Below are positions 46,079 through 58,594 of a DNA stretch of 64,000 bases, one piece after another. The translations under genes were made by a program, and so were the position numbers. Within the stretch, counting starts at the first letter, position 1. Each line of letters opens with the position of its first letter. The DNA is from Rebecca billardiae RCC1528 (taxonomy: Eukaryota; Protista; Haptophyta), in contig OZ251242.1 of NCBI GenBank assembly GCA_965240325.2, forward strand, positions 1,178,001 to 1,242,000, in the 5' to 3' direction. The notes beneath the pieces are model-generated. The model was not told the DNA's origin. It worked only from the letters and a program-made list of their open reading frames with translations, and ran no database searches.

Positions 46079-48353
46079 TCACAACGCGCTGCTGTCCATC
46101 GCGGTCGCGGGCGCGCTCGCCGCCTCTCCGCGCAGCTCGTCCGTGGGCGTGAAGCCGCCCAGCACCGCGCCGTACGCATCGCCCAGGAGCCCCGGGTCGA
46201 GGAAGCGGTAGACCTCGTGCGAGCGCGACGCCTCCTTGAGCATCGCCATGTGCTTGGACACGGGCTGCGCACGCGCGCAGGGCGGGTGGGGTGGCGTGAG
46301 CGGAGGCACAGTCGCGCGCGCGCGCGCGCGCACGGCCGCGCACGCACCTGCACCGTCGCCGCAGCGATGGCGCCGGAAGCGGCGGCCGAGGGCGTGCCGA
46401 TGCCGGGGAAGCACGAGTCGCCGCAGCGCAGCAGCCCGGGCAGCGGCGTCTTCATGTCCGGGAATGGGAAGGGCAGCGCGTACCTGCGGCGGCGCGCGCG
46501 GCGCGGCGCGCGCGGCGCGGGGCTCAGCGTGGGCGCAGCTGGCGAGCCGAGCGCGCACGCGGGCGCGCGCGCGCCGGCGCACGTGTCTCGCGCGCGCACT
46601 GGAGCAAGCCCGAGTAGGGCGCGGCCTTGCCCGCGGCCCACGCCATGCCGTAGGTGCCGCGGTCGCGGCGCAGGAACGCCTCGTGCGCGAGCGGCGAGCC
46701 GATCACGTGGAACTCCGCGCGTTGCCGCACGTCGGGGATCGCGCGCTCGACCGCGCGCCACAGCACCTCCGCCCGCTCCGCCTTGTAAGCCTCGTACTCG
46801 GGCGAGCCGTCGGCGAGGCCCTCCCACGGCTCGTACGGCTCGCCGCCCGAGGAGTAGACGTGGATGACGTGCTTGCCCGGCGGGCAGACCGACGGGTCGA
46901 CGAGCGACGGGATGAAGAAGGAGCACAGGTTCTGCGAGTCCTGCAGCGAGCGCGACCAGTCCTGCACCACCAGCTGCGCCGCGTCGGGGATGTGACTCAG
47001 GTCAAGGTCGGTAGCGTCGATCGCGACAAAGAGGTGCATGATCGCGCCGTGGCGCGGGAGCTTGGCGAACTGGGCGGTCCACTCGGCGACGGCGGGCGGC
47101 AGCGGCGCCTTCGCCTTCTCCTCCTCGCTCTGCCGCAGCAGCTTCGCCACGTCGAACGGCGTGAGGTTGGCGACGACGGCCTTCTTGGCGCGCACCGTCT
47201 TGCCGTTGCGCAGCGTGATGCCGGTTGCGCGCCCGTCCTCGACGAGGACCTTCTCGACGTGCGCGTTGAGCTCGAGCTTGCCGCCGAACTTCTCGAGGCC
47301 GCGCACCAGCGCGTCCGCGATGCCGCACGTCCCGCCGAGCGGCACGGTGAACGCCGCCTCCGGGTCGAAGAAGCGCTCGAGGATGTAGAGCATGTGCGCG
47401 GTCATCGCGCCCTTGGCCGGGAAGCCGCAGAAGATGCACATCGTGTCTATGAAGTTGCGCAGGAAGGGGACGGTGACGTACTCGTCGACGACCTTGTGCA
47501 GCGAGTCGAAGAGCATCGTCAGGTCGCCGAAGATGTCCGGGTGCCGCGCGACGTACGGCAGCGAGCCCGCCGTCGTCGCGAGGAAGCCGATGTCCTGCCG
47601 CAGGTTGAGCAAAGACACGGCCTTGGTCGAGCCCGACAGCGTGCGCAGCCGCTCGCGCAGCGCGTTCCACTCCGCGATGGCGAGCTCGCCGTCCTCGCCG
47701 CACTGCTCGCGCAGCGTCGCCTCGAACTGCTCCAGCGAGCCGATCGGGAAGCGCCAGTGCCCCTCGGGCGTCCAGTACCCGATGCCCTTGTACGTGGTGG
47801 AGGGAAGCTCCTCGCCTAGGATGTCGATGATCATGCGGAGCGGGTTGATCGAGGGCTCGTTGAGGCCCTCGAAGATCGAGGGGCCCACCTCGAACGAGTA
47901 CTCCCCGCCCTCGTGCTTCCGCGTGAACGTGTGCGCAGAGCCGCCCGCCTTGATGTGCGACTCGACACAGAGCACGCGGTCGCCGTACTTGGCGGTGAGC
48001 GCCGCGCACGCGAGCCCGCCGACGCCCGAGCCGATGACGATGACGTCGTACTCGTCGTTGCCGTCGCCGCCACCGGACATGCCGTTGCCCGTGCCCGCGC
48101 GCGCCGGCTTGCGCTCCGCCGCCTTCGCCGCCGCCTGCTCGTCCTCGTCATACACAAACGTCATGATTTTGTCGCGGCTCGTCTCGAGCGTCTGCGCGAC
48201 GTTCTTGTTGGCGGGCGCCTCCATGCGCGCGCGCGCGCGGGAGGCGCGGGCGACGACGGCGCTCCGCGCGCCCATCACGCGGGACGCGCCATCCACGCCG
48301 CCCAGCGCCACGCACAGCAGCGTCGCGGACGTCGCGAGCGCGCGCAGCATCAT
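46079..48353 (-). CDS. Plastid-targeted CRTISO/phytoene-desaturase-family FAD oxidoreductase; exons 48353-46600, 46483-46348, 46264-46079
   Basis: YDVIVIGSGVGGL Rossmann motif, ESHIKAGG, FEVGPS, PSLVDPSVCPPGKHVIH, GSPLAHEAFLRRDRGTYG, CGDSCFPGIGTPSAAASG; signal peptide plus transit-like N-terminus. Confidence 0.9.
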
Positions 48354-48629
48354 CGTGGTTGTGCCTCCGATGCGCCGCGTAGTCCGGCGACTCAATCAGC
48401 TCCCGCTTAGTATCTCGCGCCATCTCCAGCGAGGCTCATTAGGCTTTCCCTAGGTCGCAATTAGAGCCGGGTGCGAGTGTGCGACCGTGCAGGCGCACGT
48501 CCGGACTCCGACTGGGGCAACCGGCGGTGCCCGCCGCTGACTCGGCTGAGCCAACTAAAGCGCTCACGATGCACTGATGAGCCGATTAAGTGTCTGAGCG
48601 CAGCACATTGCAGTGCGAGCAAGGGGCTT

Positions 48630-49567
48630 ATAACTCACTCGGTAGACCCACATGGCACATGAGAGTAGACTGAGGTGGGGGCCGCGTTGATAAACGCGTG
48701 AGGTGACTAGGTCACACCCCCGAAGCCGTCCAGGATGCGACGCCGACCAGGAAGGACTCGCCGATGCATACGAGCAACTACGCCGACAGCAGAAGCCGAT
48801 GACCGCCTAGACGCCGAAGAGGAAGTACTCGATGGAGCACGTAGACCGCAGGCGCTGGCAGCCGACGCCCCCCCCCCCCAACGCAAGTTTGGGCAGAGCG
48901 CGGCGCCGCAGGAGGCAGAGGCCTCGAGGGCCTCCACCCCCCCCGACACCGCGCGCACCCAAGGCCATGCCCACCCAGCAACCAGCAGGGTGGGAGGGCA
49001 GGGAGAAACAACTCCCAGAGGAGGGGCAGCCACCAGCGCAGCGGTGACCAGAGCAGCCACGCCGGCCGCCGCGCAGCGGGTGCAGCCAGCGAGCGCGGCC
49101 GCACCCAGACGCGCATCGCTTGCCGAGCTGCTGAGCGAATCCAGACCCGCGCCCACCAGTCCGGGCCTGGCTCTGCTTGACGACCGGAAAACCTCCAGGC
49201 AGCCGGACCCTGGCTGCCAGCCCGCCCTCATGAGGGCTACCGGTGAGTTATACCCGCATAACCGAGCGGTTATACAACCATAACTCACTCGGTAGACCCA
49301 CATGAGAGTAGACTGAGGTGGGGGCCGCGTTGATAAACGCGTGAGGTGACTAGGTCACACCCCCGAAGCCGTCCAGGATGCGACGCCGACCAGGAAGGAC
49401 TCGCCGATGCATACGAGCAACTACGCCGACAGAAGCCGATGACCGCCTAGACGCCGAAGAGGAAGTACTCGATGGAGCACGTAGACCGCAGGCGCTGGCA
49501 GCCGACGCCCCCCCCCCCAACGCAAGTTTGGGCAGAGCGCGGCGCCGCAGGAGGCAGAGGCCTCGAG
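48630..49567 (+). mobile_element. Helentron/HINE-like non-autonomous rolling-circle element: one 650-bp unit plus a 3'-truncated head-to-tail copy
   Basis: Direct repeat 48631-48928 versus 49281-49567. 5' TATAACTCACTCGGTAG is inverted relative to subterminal CTACCGGTGAGTTATA (49237-49252), which is followed by the stem-loop ATAACC-GAGC-GGTTAT. Confidence 0.55.
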
Positions 49568-51053
49568 CCAGAGTACCGTTCAGTTCCGAGGCGTAGCCCT
49601 CGCTCAGAGTCAGACCGTCGACGATGGACTCGGATCGTCGGCGCTCCCCGGAAAGGCATGGCAAGGGCGGCGCGTGGTGAAGTCGAAGACTCAGAGATCG
49701 ATCAGTCCGGCATCAGGCGCCGCTGCCCCCGAGCTTGCGAGAGCCCGAATACAGGGCGGCTGCCGCGGCGCGGCCGGGGCGCCTAGGGCGCCGACCGGCG
49801 CGCGGCCGCGCGCAGGCATCGACACGGGGCGGCGGGCGGGCGCGCGGAGAGTGAGCGGGGGCACGAACGCGATGTCGACGGCAGTCGGGACCCGCCGCAG
49901 CCGCGCGCTCCAGGCGCAACTCGCCGCGCGCACCTGCCCATCGCCGTCCTCACCCGTCGGTCGCTCGTCAGCTCGCCTCATCCTCTCGCGGTCTCGCCGC
50001 AGCCGTGGCGTACGGAAAACGCGGGCCCGCGCCCCGGCTCCCGCTCCGGTGTCAGATAGTATTGAGATTCGCCGAGGTTGGCCCATCGGCTACTGACCCT
50101 TGCCTCGTCGGCTCCTGATACAGACACGGCGCGATTGAATAGTTGATTCAACTGATTCAAGGGACGTACATGGTCACATCGGTTCGCGGCAATCTCTATC
50201 TAGATACGTCATCGCTCCTTGGACCTTGCTGCAATCTCATTGGCCGGAAAAATCGCTTGTAACGGTTCGTTACGTTAGGGATCCTAAAGGGCGTGAAGTT
50301 TTTTGGACGGGCGTCACTCCACGCTTTACTATGAACTTGCCGTGGGCGCGACCTTTTTCGGCCGTGATGCATGTTAGAGAGGGTCTCAAAATTCGAAACT
50401 CGGTCTCCTCCAGCCATGAAAATCGTCCCCCGTCCCTTTTTTCTTGATCAAAGATCTTTTTGAAACGTTGTTCGGGCCCGCTGGTGCGGGCTCCACGCTG
50501 CGCGCTCCGCCCTGCACCGCGGGCCATAATAAACTAATAACTATGCTGTAATCACGCAGCATAAGGCTGATTCATCAGTGATTATTGCCGTGTAGTTCAA
50601 CTAGTAATAGATATATTTATGCCGACGCCGACCGGCTGTGACACTCCGCTGTGCCGCTTGACTAGCTCAGACCGCTCAGTCGGACCGCGTCACGCGTGGC
50701 TCCGACGGTCACTCCGAGTGAGTGCGATGCGCCCGAGTTCTTCGTCACTCGGCCGCAGAGTGCCGGCCCGATTCAAGCCGTCTCGTAGATTTTCTGCTAA
50801 GAATGAGATGGCGGACAAATCTCGCCTGCCCGAGCTGTGTTATAGCGTCGTCATCTATATATGCTCTTATTATTCTAAATTAGTTAGTACGGTGAACTGC
50901 AAGGAGTGACAGTGATGCCACACCGGCGCCGTGACACCATGGCGTGAGTGTGCAGTGGCTCCTCGGTAGTTGGCGTGCATGCGTCGGCAGACTGCAGCGA
51001 GCAGTGCGTGACAGATACCGGATGATGCGGAGCGACCGGCCACCAACTGGAAA

Positions 51054-52385
51054 TTAGGCGAGGCCGTGGCGCTGGCGGTACTCGGCCAGCTCGCGCGCCA
51101 TGCGCTCGTTCCAGCCTGTGCGCACGCAACCGGCGCAAGGCGCGTCAGCATGGACAACCGGCGGCGTGCGCACTCCGCGCTCGTGCAGGGCCAGCATGCT
51201 CACACCACACACGCACACGCACGTGCACGCGCTGCGCGCGCGCGCCACGCACCCTTTGGCTCAGCCGGGTCGTTGATGTGCGGCTGGTCGCCGATCAGGT
51301 CGGCGGGGAGCACGCGCGCGCGCGCGGCGTCGAAGGTGCGGTCCATCGCGGCCTTCTGCTCGCGGATCGCCTCGTCCGTGTCCATGTCGGTGAAACGCCT
51401 GCGCCAGTCGCGGCGCGCACGCGCACGTGGTGAGTGCGATCACAGCCCGGCACGCGCGCAAACCGAAGGGCGCACGCGCATGCGCGCGCGCGCGCGCGCA
51501 CCGCGTGAAGGACTCGACGTGCACGGGACAGCGCACGCCGATGTGCATGAGCACGGCGAGCATCCCCGCCGCGTCGGACACGCCGTTGATCCCGGGAACG
51601 TCGCGCTCGAACTCGGGCTGCGCGCGGCGCGAGACGCTCGCCGTCGAGTCGTTCAGCTCGACCAGCGCGACCTCGTGCGGCTCGAGGCAGATCAGCTCCT
51701 CGAGGAGGGCGCCGGTGCAGTGCCAGTGGTGCGAGTCGAGCTTGAGGCCGACGTGGGACGAGACCCCCGCCGCGGCGGCGAGGCAGCGGATCCCCTCGAT
51801 CGTGTGCACGAAGTCGTACCCGCCCTTGCTCGGCCGGCCGTGCACGCGCCTGTTCCCGTACGGGCCGAGGAACTCGAGCGCGAGCCGGATGTCGTGCTCG
51901 CGCAGCACCTCGCCGACGCGGCGGAGGCGGGCGGTGACGAGGGCGAAGTGGTCGGCGAAGCGGTTCTTCTGCGCCGCGTTCGACCACGGCAGCAGGTGGA
52001 ACGAGGTCGTTTTGAAGCCAGCCGCGGCCGCGAGCGGCGCCTCGCGGACAAACTGCGCAAACTCCTTCTCGAAGAACTCGTCATCCGAGAGGTCGTGCAG
52101 GTGGCACGGGAAGCGCCACCCGCCGGGCTCGAGGCCGTGCTGCTCGAGCAGCGCGACCACCGCGTCCGGCCCGTGCTCGAGCAGGAAGTCCACGTCAAGG
52201 TGCACCGCGTCGTACCCGTGCTTCTGCGCCATCGCGCACGCCTCCGGGAAGGGTAGCTGCTTGCCGAGCGTGCCAATGTGCGGCCAGGGGACGTCCCAGT
52301 CGGAGTCAGTGACGTTGAGGGTGCGGAGGAGCTTCGTCGGCCAGCCCTTGCCGGCGGTGAGGGGAGGGGCGCCGTTCGATGCCAT
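51054..52385 (-). CDS. Xylose-isomerase-like TIM barrel (sugar phosphate isomerase/epimerase); exons 52385-51502, 51398-51253, 51115-51054
   Basis: GYDAV, IRLALEFLGP, HVGLKLDSHHW, VALVELND, RDVPG..G, VHVESF (E-D-x-D-E metal-site pattern); two GT-AG introns. Confidence 0.82.
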
Positions 52386-53761
52386 CCGGAAGTGCTGCGT
52401 GTGCGCGTGTGGTGTGGCCTGGCCGTGCGGACTGACGAGAGTGCAGCGCGCACGGTCGGAACTCGGACGGCCGGTGGCGATGTCTCGGAAGCGGCCAACA
52501 GCCGGCGCCTCGCGTGCGGGAAAAGGTGGCTCCGACCGGGCCGGATTGAGCGCTTTGGTCCGGTTTTCGACGAGAGCTCCCCAAACTCGGCGCGACACGG
52601 CCGGTCGCAGTCGTTCGCTGGTAGTGATGACCGGTCTGACCGGAAACGAGTACACGACCGTAAGGCGGCAGACTGGCCGGTCAGATTTCTTCATGATCAG
52701 TTGGGCACTGGGCGACATTCGACAGCGTCTGCTAGCAGTGCAATCGTCGTCATCGCGCAGCACAGTATACGCGTCGTCGTCAGGCGCATGAGTCGTACAG
52801 TTTACTATGATTTAACGTGCACACTTGGTTAAGGCGTGATTAACGCCATCCAACACTGCACAAAGACACCGCCACAAAACAGACCGGCGCAGGCAGGTGA
52901 GGGGCGCGTTGCCGCACCTCATCGAGGCGGCCATTGCAGCAAGCGGCCGCCCCGCGCTCGAAGGCACGCAGTAGTCAGTAGTGACAGTACGGTCGTCGTC
53001 CGTCAACTGCGCTGCTCGCGATCGGCGCGCGAAGCCTATATATCGTCGTCGTCTGAGAAATGAGTCAACTCACTACAACTGTGTGTCAGTGTGCACGCGT
53101 ACCGAGTGTGCTAACGGTGTCGGTGTGTTGTCCCGTGTATACAGTATAACACGTGCAGTCGGTCGGACGAGTCATCTTAGACCGCTCGGCTCAGCCGAGC
53201 GGTATAATGATCGGTGTCTGCTGACTGCTGTTGCCGATTGAGTAGCTAGTGCTTCGTCTGTACTTTGTGTCTGTGATCGATCGCGTTAGTACTACTACTT
53301 TTAATGTAGCAGCGGTGTGATCAATTGCGGGACTGCAGAGCGGCGCGGAGGGCGGCCGACCCGTACTCCGCCCTCATCACCGGGCTCAGGGCGCCGGCCA
53401 CGGGTCCGAGACCGATGGCGATGCCGGCTTGGCATCGGACCGTCCGGCCCCCCGCCGCGCCCGGCCCAACTCATATCAGAGCGACGGAGCGCCTGCTATA
53501 CTGAGCAGTACGTACTGCCGTAGTGGTCACGCGATCGGCGGATATACGACGACGACTTGTAGTAATACGCGACGACAGACAGTGATGACGAGTGTGACAA
53601 GCTACGTATACCGACTACCGTACTCCGTAGTGCGGCGCCAGTGTCCGCGAATCGGATCTCGCGCGCGTACTGCTCACATATGATGCGCGGACAATGCCAA
53701 TGGTACTACGGCTACTGCCAATCGAGAGCCGTAGTCCAAGACTCAGACTACGGTCCTACTC

Positions 53762-56389
53762 CTAGCGCCCGCGCCCCGCGCCCAGCTCCCCCCTCGCCTG
53801 CGACTGCGCGCGCGCCAGGCCCTGCTGCTTGGCGGCGGTCGGGGACGGGGTGCTCGGGCTCGGCCCGCCACCGCCCGCCCCGGCGCTCTCATTGCCGCTG
53901 CTGCTGCGCCGCAGGTTCTGGTTCGACAGCCCGCGCTTGGTCGGCGTGGCGGGCGGCTTGGCCGCGGCCGCGCCGCCGCCCCCGCCGCCCCCATCCGCCG
54001 CGGGCGAGGCGTCCGCCATCACCTGGTGGAGCGTCGTCGAGAGGCGACTCACGTCGATCACCGCGTTGAGCGACGTGCGCACGCCCTCCGCCTCGCCCGG
54101 CGCGCCCGCCGCGGCGTCTCCGGGCCCGGGCGCGGACGGGTCTGCGCCGGCGGCGCCGCCGGCCGCGCCCCCACCGCCGCCGCGCTTCTTGGCGCGCGCC
54201 GCCCGCCTGCGCTCCTCGACGGTGTACGCCTCCTCGAGCGGGGCGGAGGTCTGGCTGAGCGCGAGCGGCGGCGCGAGCTCGAGCAGCCCGCTCCGCCCCA
54301 CGCCGCCCGCGAGGCCGTGGCGCATCCCGACGCGCTCCCACGCCAGGGGCACGATGGCGTCCTCGCCACCGCCGCCGCCGCCGCCGCCGCTCGGCGCGAC
54401 CAGCAGCGTCTCGCGCAGCGCCTCGAGGAAGAGCGCCTCGCACTCGTCGTCTGAGACTGAGCGCGAGCCGGTGGCGGAGGCGGACTTGGCCGCGCGGCGC
54501 ACCAGCCTCGAGAATTCGTCGACCGTGAGCACGCCGTCGCCGTTGATGTCGAACTCCTGGAAGAGGAAGCGCAGCTGCTCGAGCGCGGCGGCGCGCACGG
54601 CCAGGTGGCAGCGCAGCAGCAGCTCGGCCAGCTCGTCCACTGGGACGCACGGCGGCTCGAGCGGCGGCGCGTGCTGGCCGGGCGGCGGCTCGAGCGACTC
54701 GGACTCGCCTGTCTCCCACCGCGTCAGCGCCGAGTCGAGCGACTCCGCCGGCGGCCTGGCGTGCACGCGCTCGCCCAGCCAGCGCAGCGCCGCGTCCTCG
54801 AGAGAGCTCGGCAGCTCGAGCAGCGCGATCACCGTGCGCGCGTCCGAGTGCGAGTACACGCCACCGCCAGAGCCGCCGCCGGGCAGGTGGAGGGCGAGGG
54901 AGTCCTCCTCCCCATCCGCGCCGCGCTCGTCCTCTTCGCCGCTGTCTGCGAGCAGCTCGGCCGTGGCCGACTTGGCGCGGAACGAGCTCCCGTCGCCGCG
55001 CGGCTTGGGCGCGGCCGCGATGAGCGCGGCGCCCGTCATCCGCTCCCCCATCATGTGCGGCGTGTAGGCCGTGCTGTACACCTTGCGCACAAAGGAGAGC
55101 GCCTGTGAGTGCGCAAGGCAGAGGGGGAGGCGCCGCGCAGCAGGCAGCCGGTCAGTCGGTGAGTCGGGCAGCCGGGCAGTCGGTCAGACAGCCAGCGCGC
55201 GGGGCGCAGCATCGGGCGGGGGCCGGGGGCCCGGGGCGCGGGTGGCACGCGCGCAGACGCGCGGCCGCGGCGGAGCCTCTGGCGGCGCGGCGCGCATGCG
55301 CATCGCGCGGTGCGCGCACCTCGGGCGACGCCGGCTCGCTGCTGACGCCGAGCAGCTCCGCAAAGATGCGCACGCGCGGGTGCCGTCCGTGGTGCTCGCG
55401 CAGGCCGCGCAGCAGGTCTGCGAGGTTGGTCAGCGCGTTCGAGCGGCGGCCGTGCGTGCGCACGAGCCACGCCCACACGTACGCGGGGAAGGAGGACGCC
55501 TGCGCGGACGGGAGCGAGTCACCGGCGAGGGTGCGCGCCTCGAGCAGCGTCGCGAGCGTCGTGAGCAGCTTCCGCAGCGTGATCGGCCGCGCGAGCAGCT
55601 CCGGCACCCAGGTCAGCTCGATCCACTCGGGCGAGAGCCGCACCCACGCCTGCTGCCCGGCACTGGCCGCGTCGAGCACCTCGGAGCGCAGCGGCGCGGC
55701 GGGGAGCGCCCCGAGCAGGTCTCGCGTGTCGTCATGCGCCTCCGCCACCCCCGCCTCGCGCGCGTCGCGCTCGAGCGCCGACCTGGGCGCCGGCGCGAGC
55801 TTGTCCGGCGCGACGGGCTTGGCGGAGCCCGGCGGCAGCTGCAGCGACTGGCGCCCGCCCTTGCCCTTGCCGCCGCCGCCGCCCTCGGCGTCGGTCGGGC
55901 CGGCAGCGTGGTGCTGCGACTGCGCCTGCCTCGCCGCGCGCTCCGCCTCCAGCCGCCCGTCGCGCCGCGTGCGCACCACCGACTGCGGTGACTCCGCCTC
56001 CGCCTCCCTCGCCGAGCCGCGCACCGAGCCGCGCCGCCCCGAGTGCGCGAGCTGCGACGAGATGAGCCGAGTCTCCTTGCCGCCCCAGCGCTCCGCAATC
56101 CGCTGCAGGCAGAGCAGGCGGTCGGGCTCCTGCAGCAGCCGGTAGAGCTGCGCGACGTGAGCCGCGGCGCGCTGCCCGCCCCACGCGTCGATGGCGAGCT
56201 GCAGCAGCGGCGCCGTCTGCGCCGCGTCCGCGCCCCTCAGGTCGGCGCTCATCGCGACGCCGCGCGCGCGCGTCGGCGCCGCCCGAATCAGCTCGGTGAG
56301 CGTGGTCGTCCACTCTCGAGACTCGTCCTCGTTGTCGGGCGTGAGCTGAATCAGCAACGGCTGCGGCGCACGCACGTCGTCGTCCGACA

Positions 56390-56429
<40 letters not shown>

Positions 56430-58292
56430 GCCGAAGCCGCTGCGCTCGCTCCGCCCGCTCGGGCTCGGCGCGGGCGAGGGCGGCGCGCTGCCCGCGACCG
56501 AAGTCCCGCCCGCGTCGCTCGCGGCCGGCGTGCCCTCGCCGCGCGCGACGCGGAGCTTGGCGCGCACGGCGAGCGTCGCGTCCGCCCACGCATGCGCGTC
56601 TTCCTCCGTCAGCTCGTTGAGCAGCGCGTCGCGCGTCGCCGGCGGCCAGTCCGCCAGCTGCTCCACCATCAGGTCGATCACGACGCGCGGCTCGAGCGCC
56701 GACATCAGCCGGATCGCGAGCGGCGCGATCGTCGCCGACGAGGCGCGGAGCAGCGAGGTCTCGGCGATCATTGACTCGACGATGGTGGCGCACTGGTGGG
56801 CCTCGAGTCGGCGCGCAATCTCGACGGCCCACTTCGAGCCCTCCGCCTTGGGCAGGAAGCGCGCCACCACCGGCAGCATCCCCGGCCACTCGCGCGGGTG
56901 CAGCGCGCGGTGCGCGCGCGCGAGCACGTGCGCGCGCACGTACTCGTCCTGCGTCTCGACGATCGTCGAGAGCGCGTGCACGCGCGCGTCCTCGCCCAGC
57001 GTGTCGGAGAGCCTCACGATCAGCTCGGCACGCGCCGACTCGTTGTGCTTGGAGACGATGTCCGCGAGCTCGACCGGGCCGATCTGCCCGATCACAGCCG
57101 CGCGCGCCGAGCGCCTGCTCCGCTCGGACGGCGCCGAGTTGATGAACGCGAGGATCGCCGCGTTGCGCTGCTCGTCGGTGCGCACGTTCACGGGTTGGTT
57201 GGCCTCGAGCGTTGCGTGCAGCCGGCGCATGGCGGAGAGCTCGCGCGCGAGCGCCTCGCGCTCGGCCTCCGCGCGCACCATCCGGTCCTCCATCTCGCGC
57301 ACGCGCCCCGCCTCGAGCGCGCGCAGCATCGAGCCGAGCGTCGCCGTGAAGAACCTGTACACCCGCTCGAGAATGTGCGCCCACTCGGCAGACGCGGCGC
57401 GCGCCTGCTGCACGAGCTCGGCAAAGGCGTCGGTCCACACCTGCATGACGCCGACCTCGTCCACGCCCGGCCGCCCGCCCGCGACCAGCGCGCCCGCCGC
57501 CGCGCGCGCGCGCCCGCCCGCGCCGAACGAGCCCTCCGCGTCCGCGCCCGCGCCGCCCTCGGTGCCCGCGCCCGCGTCCGCGTCGTCGTCGTCGTCCGCG
57601 CCGCGGCCGCGCTCGCGCGCCTCCGCCTCGAGCTCGGCGAGCTGCGCGTCGACGGCGGCCTCGAGCTTGATCGCCTTGCTCGCGGAGAGCGGCACGTTGA
57701 GCAGCGCGTACGACGCGATCCCGTGCCGCAGCCCCAGGCTCTTCGTCTGCGACGAGAGCTCAGTCAGATCGGGGCGTGGCCCGGCGTGCGAGGGCGCGAG
57801 CGACTCGGCACGCTTGCGCTGCCGGCTCGCGGGCGGCACCGGGTCGAGCGAGGCGAAGCGCTGCATCAGCGCGGCGGTGCTCGCGCTCGCCGCCGTGCTC
57901 GGCACCGAGCCGCCGCACGCGTGCGCCACCAGCGCCTGCGTGTGCTGGTGCGCCGAGCGCAGCGCCTCCATCGAAGTCGACGGTCGCTGCTGGAGCGCGC
58001 GCGCGCCGCCCACCGTGCCGGCGGGCGGCGTGCGCCAGATGCGCGTGCTCGAGCGGCTCAGCGGCTGCGAGTACGCCGCGAACGACGAGCCCGTGCTGCA
58101 CGCGCCGCGGCTCGCCGGCGTGCTGCTGCGCGCCGCGCCCGTGCCGGGCGGCGTCGGGTAGTTGAGCCGCGCGCGACCGTCCGACACCGGCGGCAGGTCA
58201 ACGAACATCGAGACGGTCTTGCCCACCTGGTCGACATGGCTGCTCACGTGCGCCTCGGGCGCGCGCGGGGCGCCTTTCTCCGGCGTGCTCAT
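53762..58292 (-). CDS. Large coiled-coil protein with an axonemal-dynein-light-chain-like segment and a C-terminal EF-hand; intron 55103-55319
   Basis: VWTDAFAELVQQA..EWAHILERV resembles the Ax_dynein_light helix; canonical EF-hand FQEFDINGDGVLTVDEF; the intron joins the 1046-aa and 442-aa ORFs in frame. Confidence 0.7.
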
Positions 58293-58594
58293 GCCGCGCG
58301 CGTGCCGGATGGGCCGGCGCTCATGCGCGCGTCGACTGCAGCAGCCTCAGGCGCGCGAGCAGGAACAGCTCCTGCCGGCTCGAGTTCGCACTGGACAGGG
58401 ATGTGGACTTGTTACAGTTTACAATGTTTTACGTGCACAGTACTCCAGCGTGTAACCGACTCACGGGCTCAATAGTCAATGTTAATCACAGAGGTGCACG
58501 AAACAGCCATATCGCTCTTCAGCAGCAAGCTCTCCGGCTCCGCCGCTCTCGTCGGGCCGGCTGCAGGTCGAGGCCTTCAGCTGGCGACGACGAT

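Noticed and set aside
48665-48740. Hammerhead-ribozyme-like core (CTGAGGT..stem..CGAAG) suggesting a Penelope pseudo-LTR
   Set aside because: Deviates from CUGANGA/GAAA, and no stem I/III closure with an NUH site was found.
49691-49981. Short ATG exon followed by a GTGCGC donor (possible small spliced gene)
   Set aside because: The spliced product would be under 40 aa with no recognisable features.
50157-50440. Possible degraded MITE (AAGGGACG ... CGTCCCTT)
   Set aside because: Only 8 bp of clean inverted match and no TSD; insufficient without other copies.
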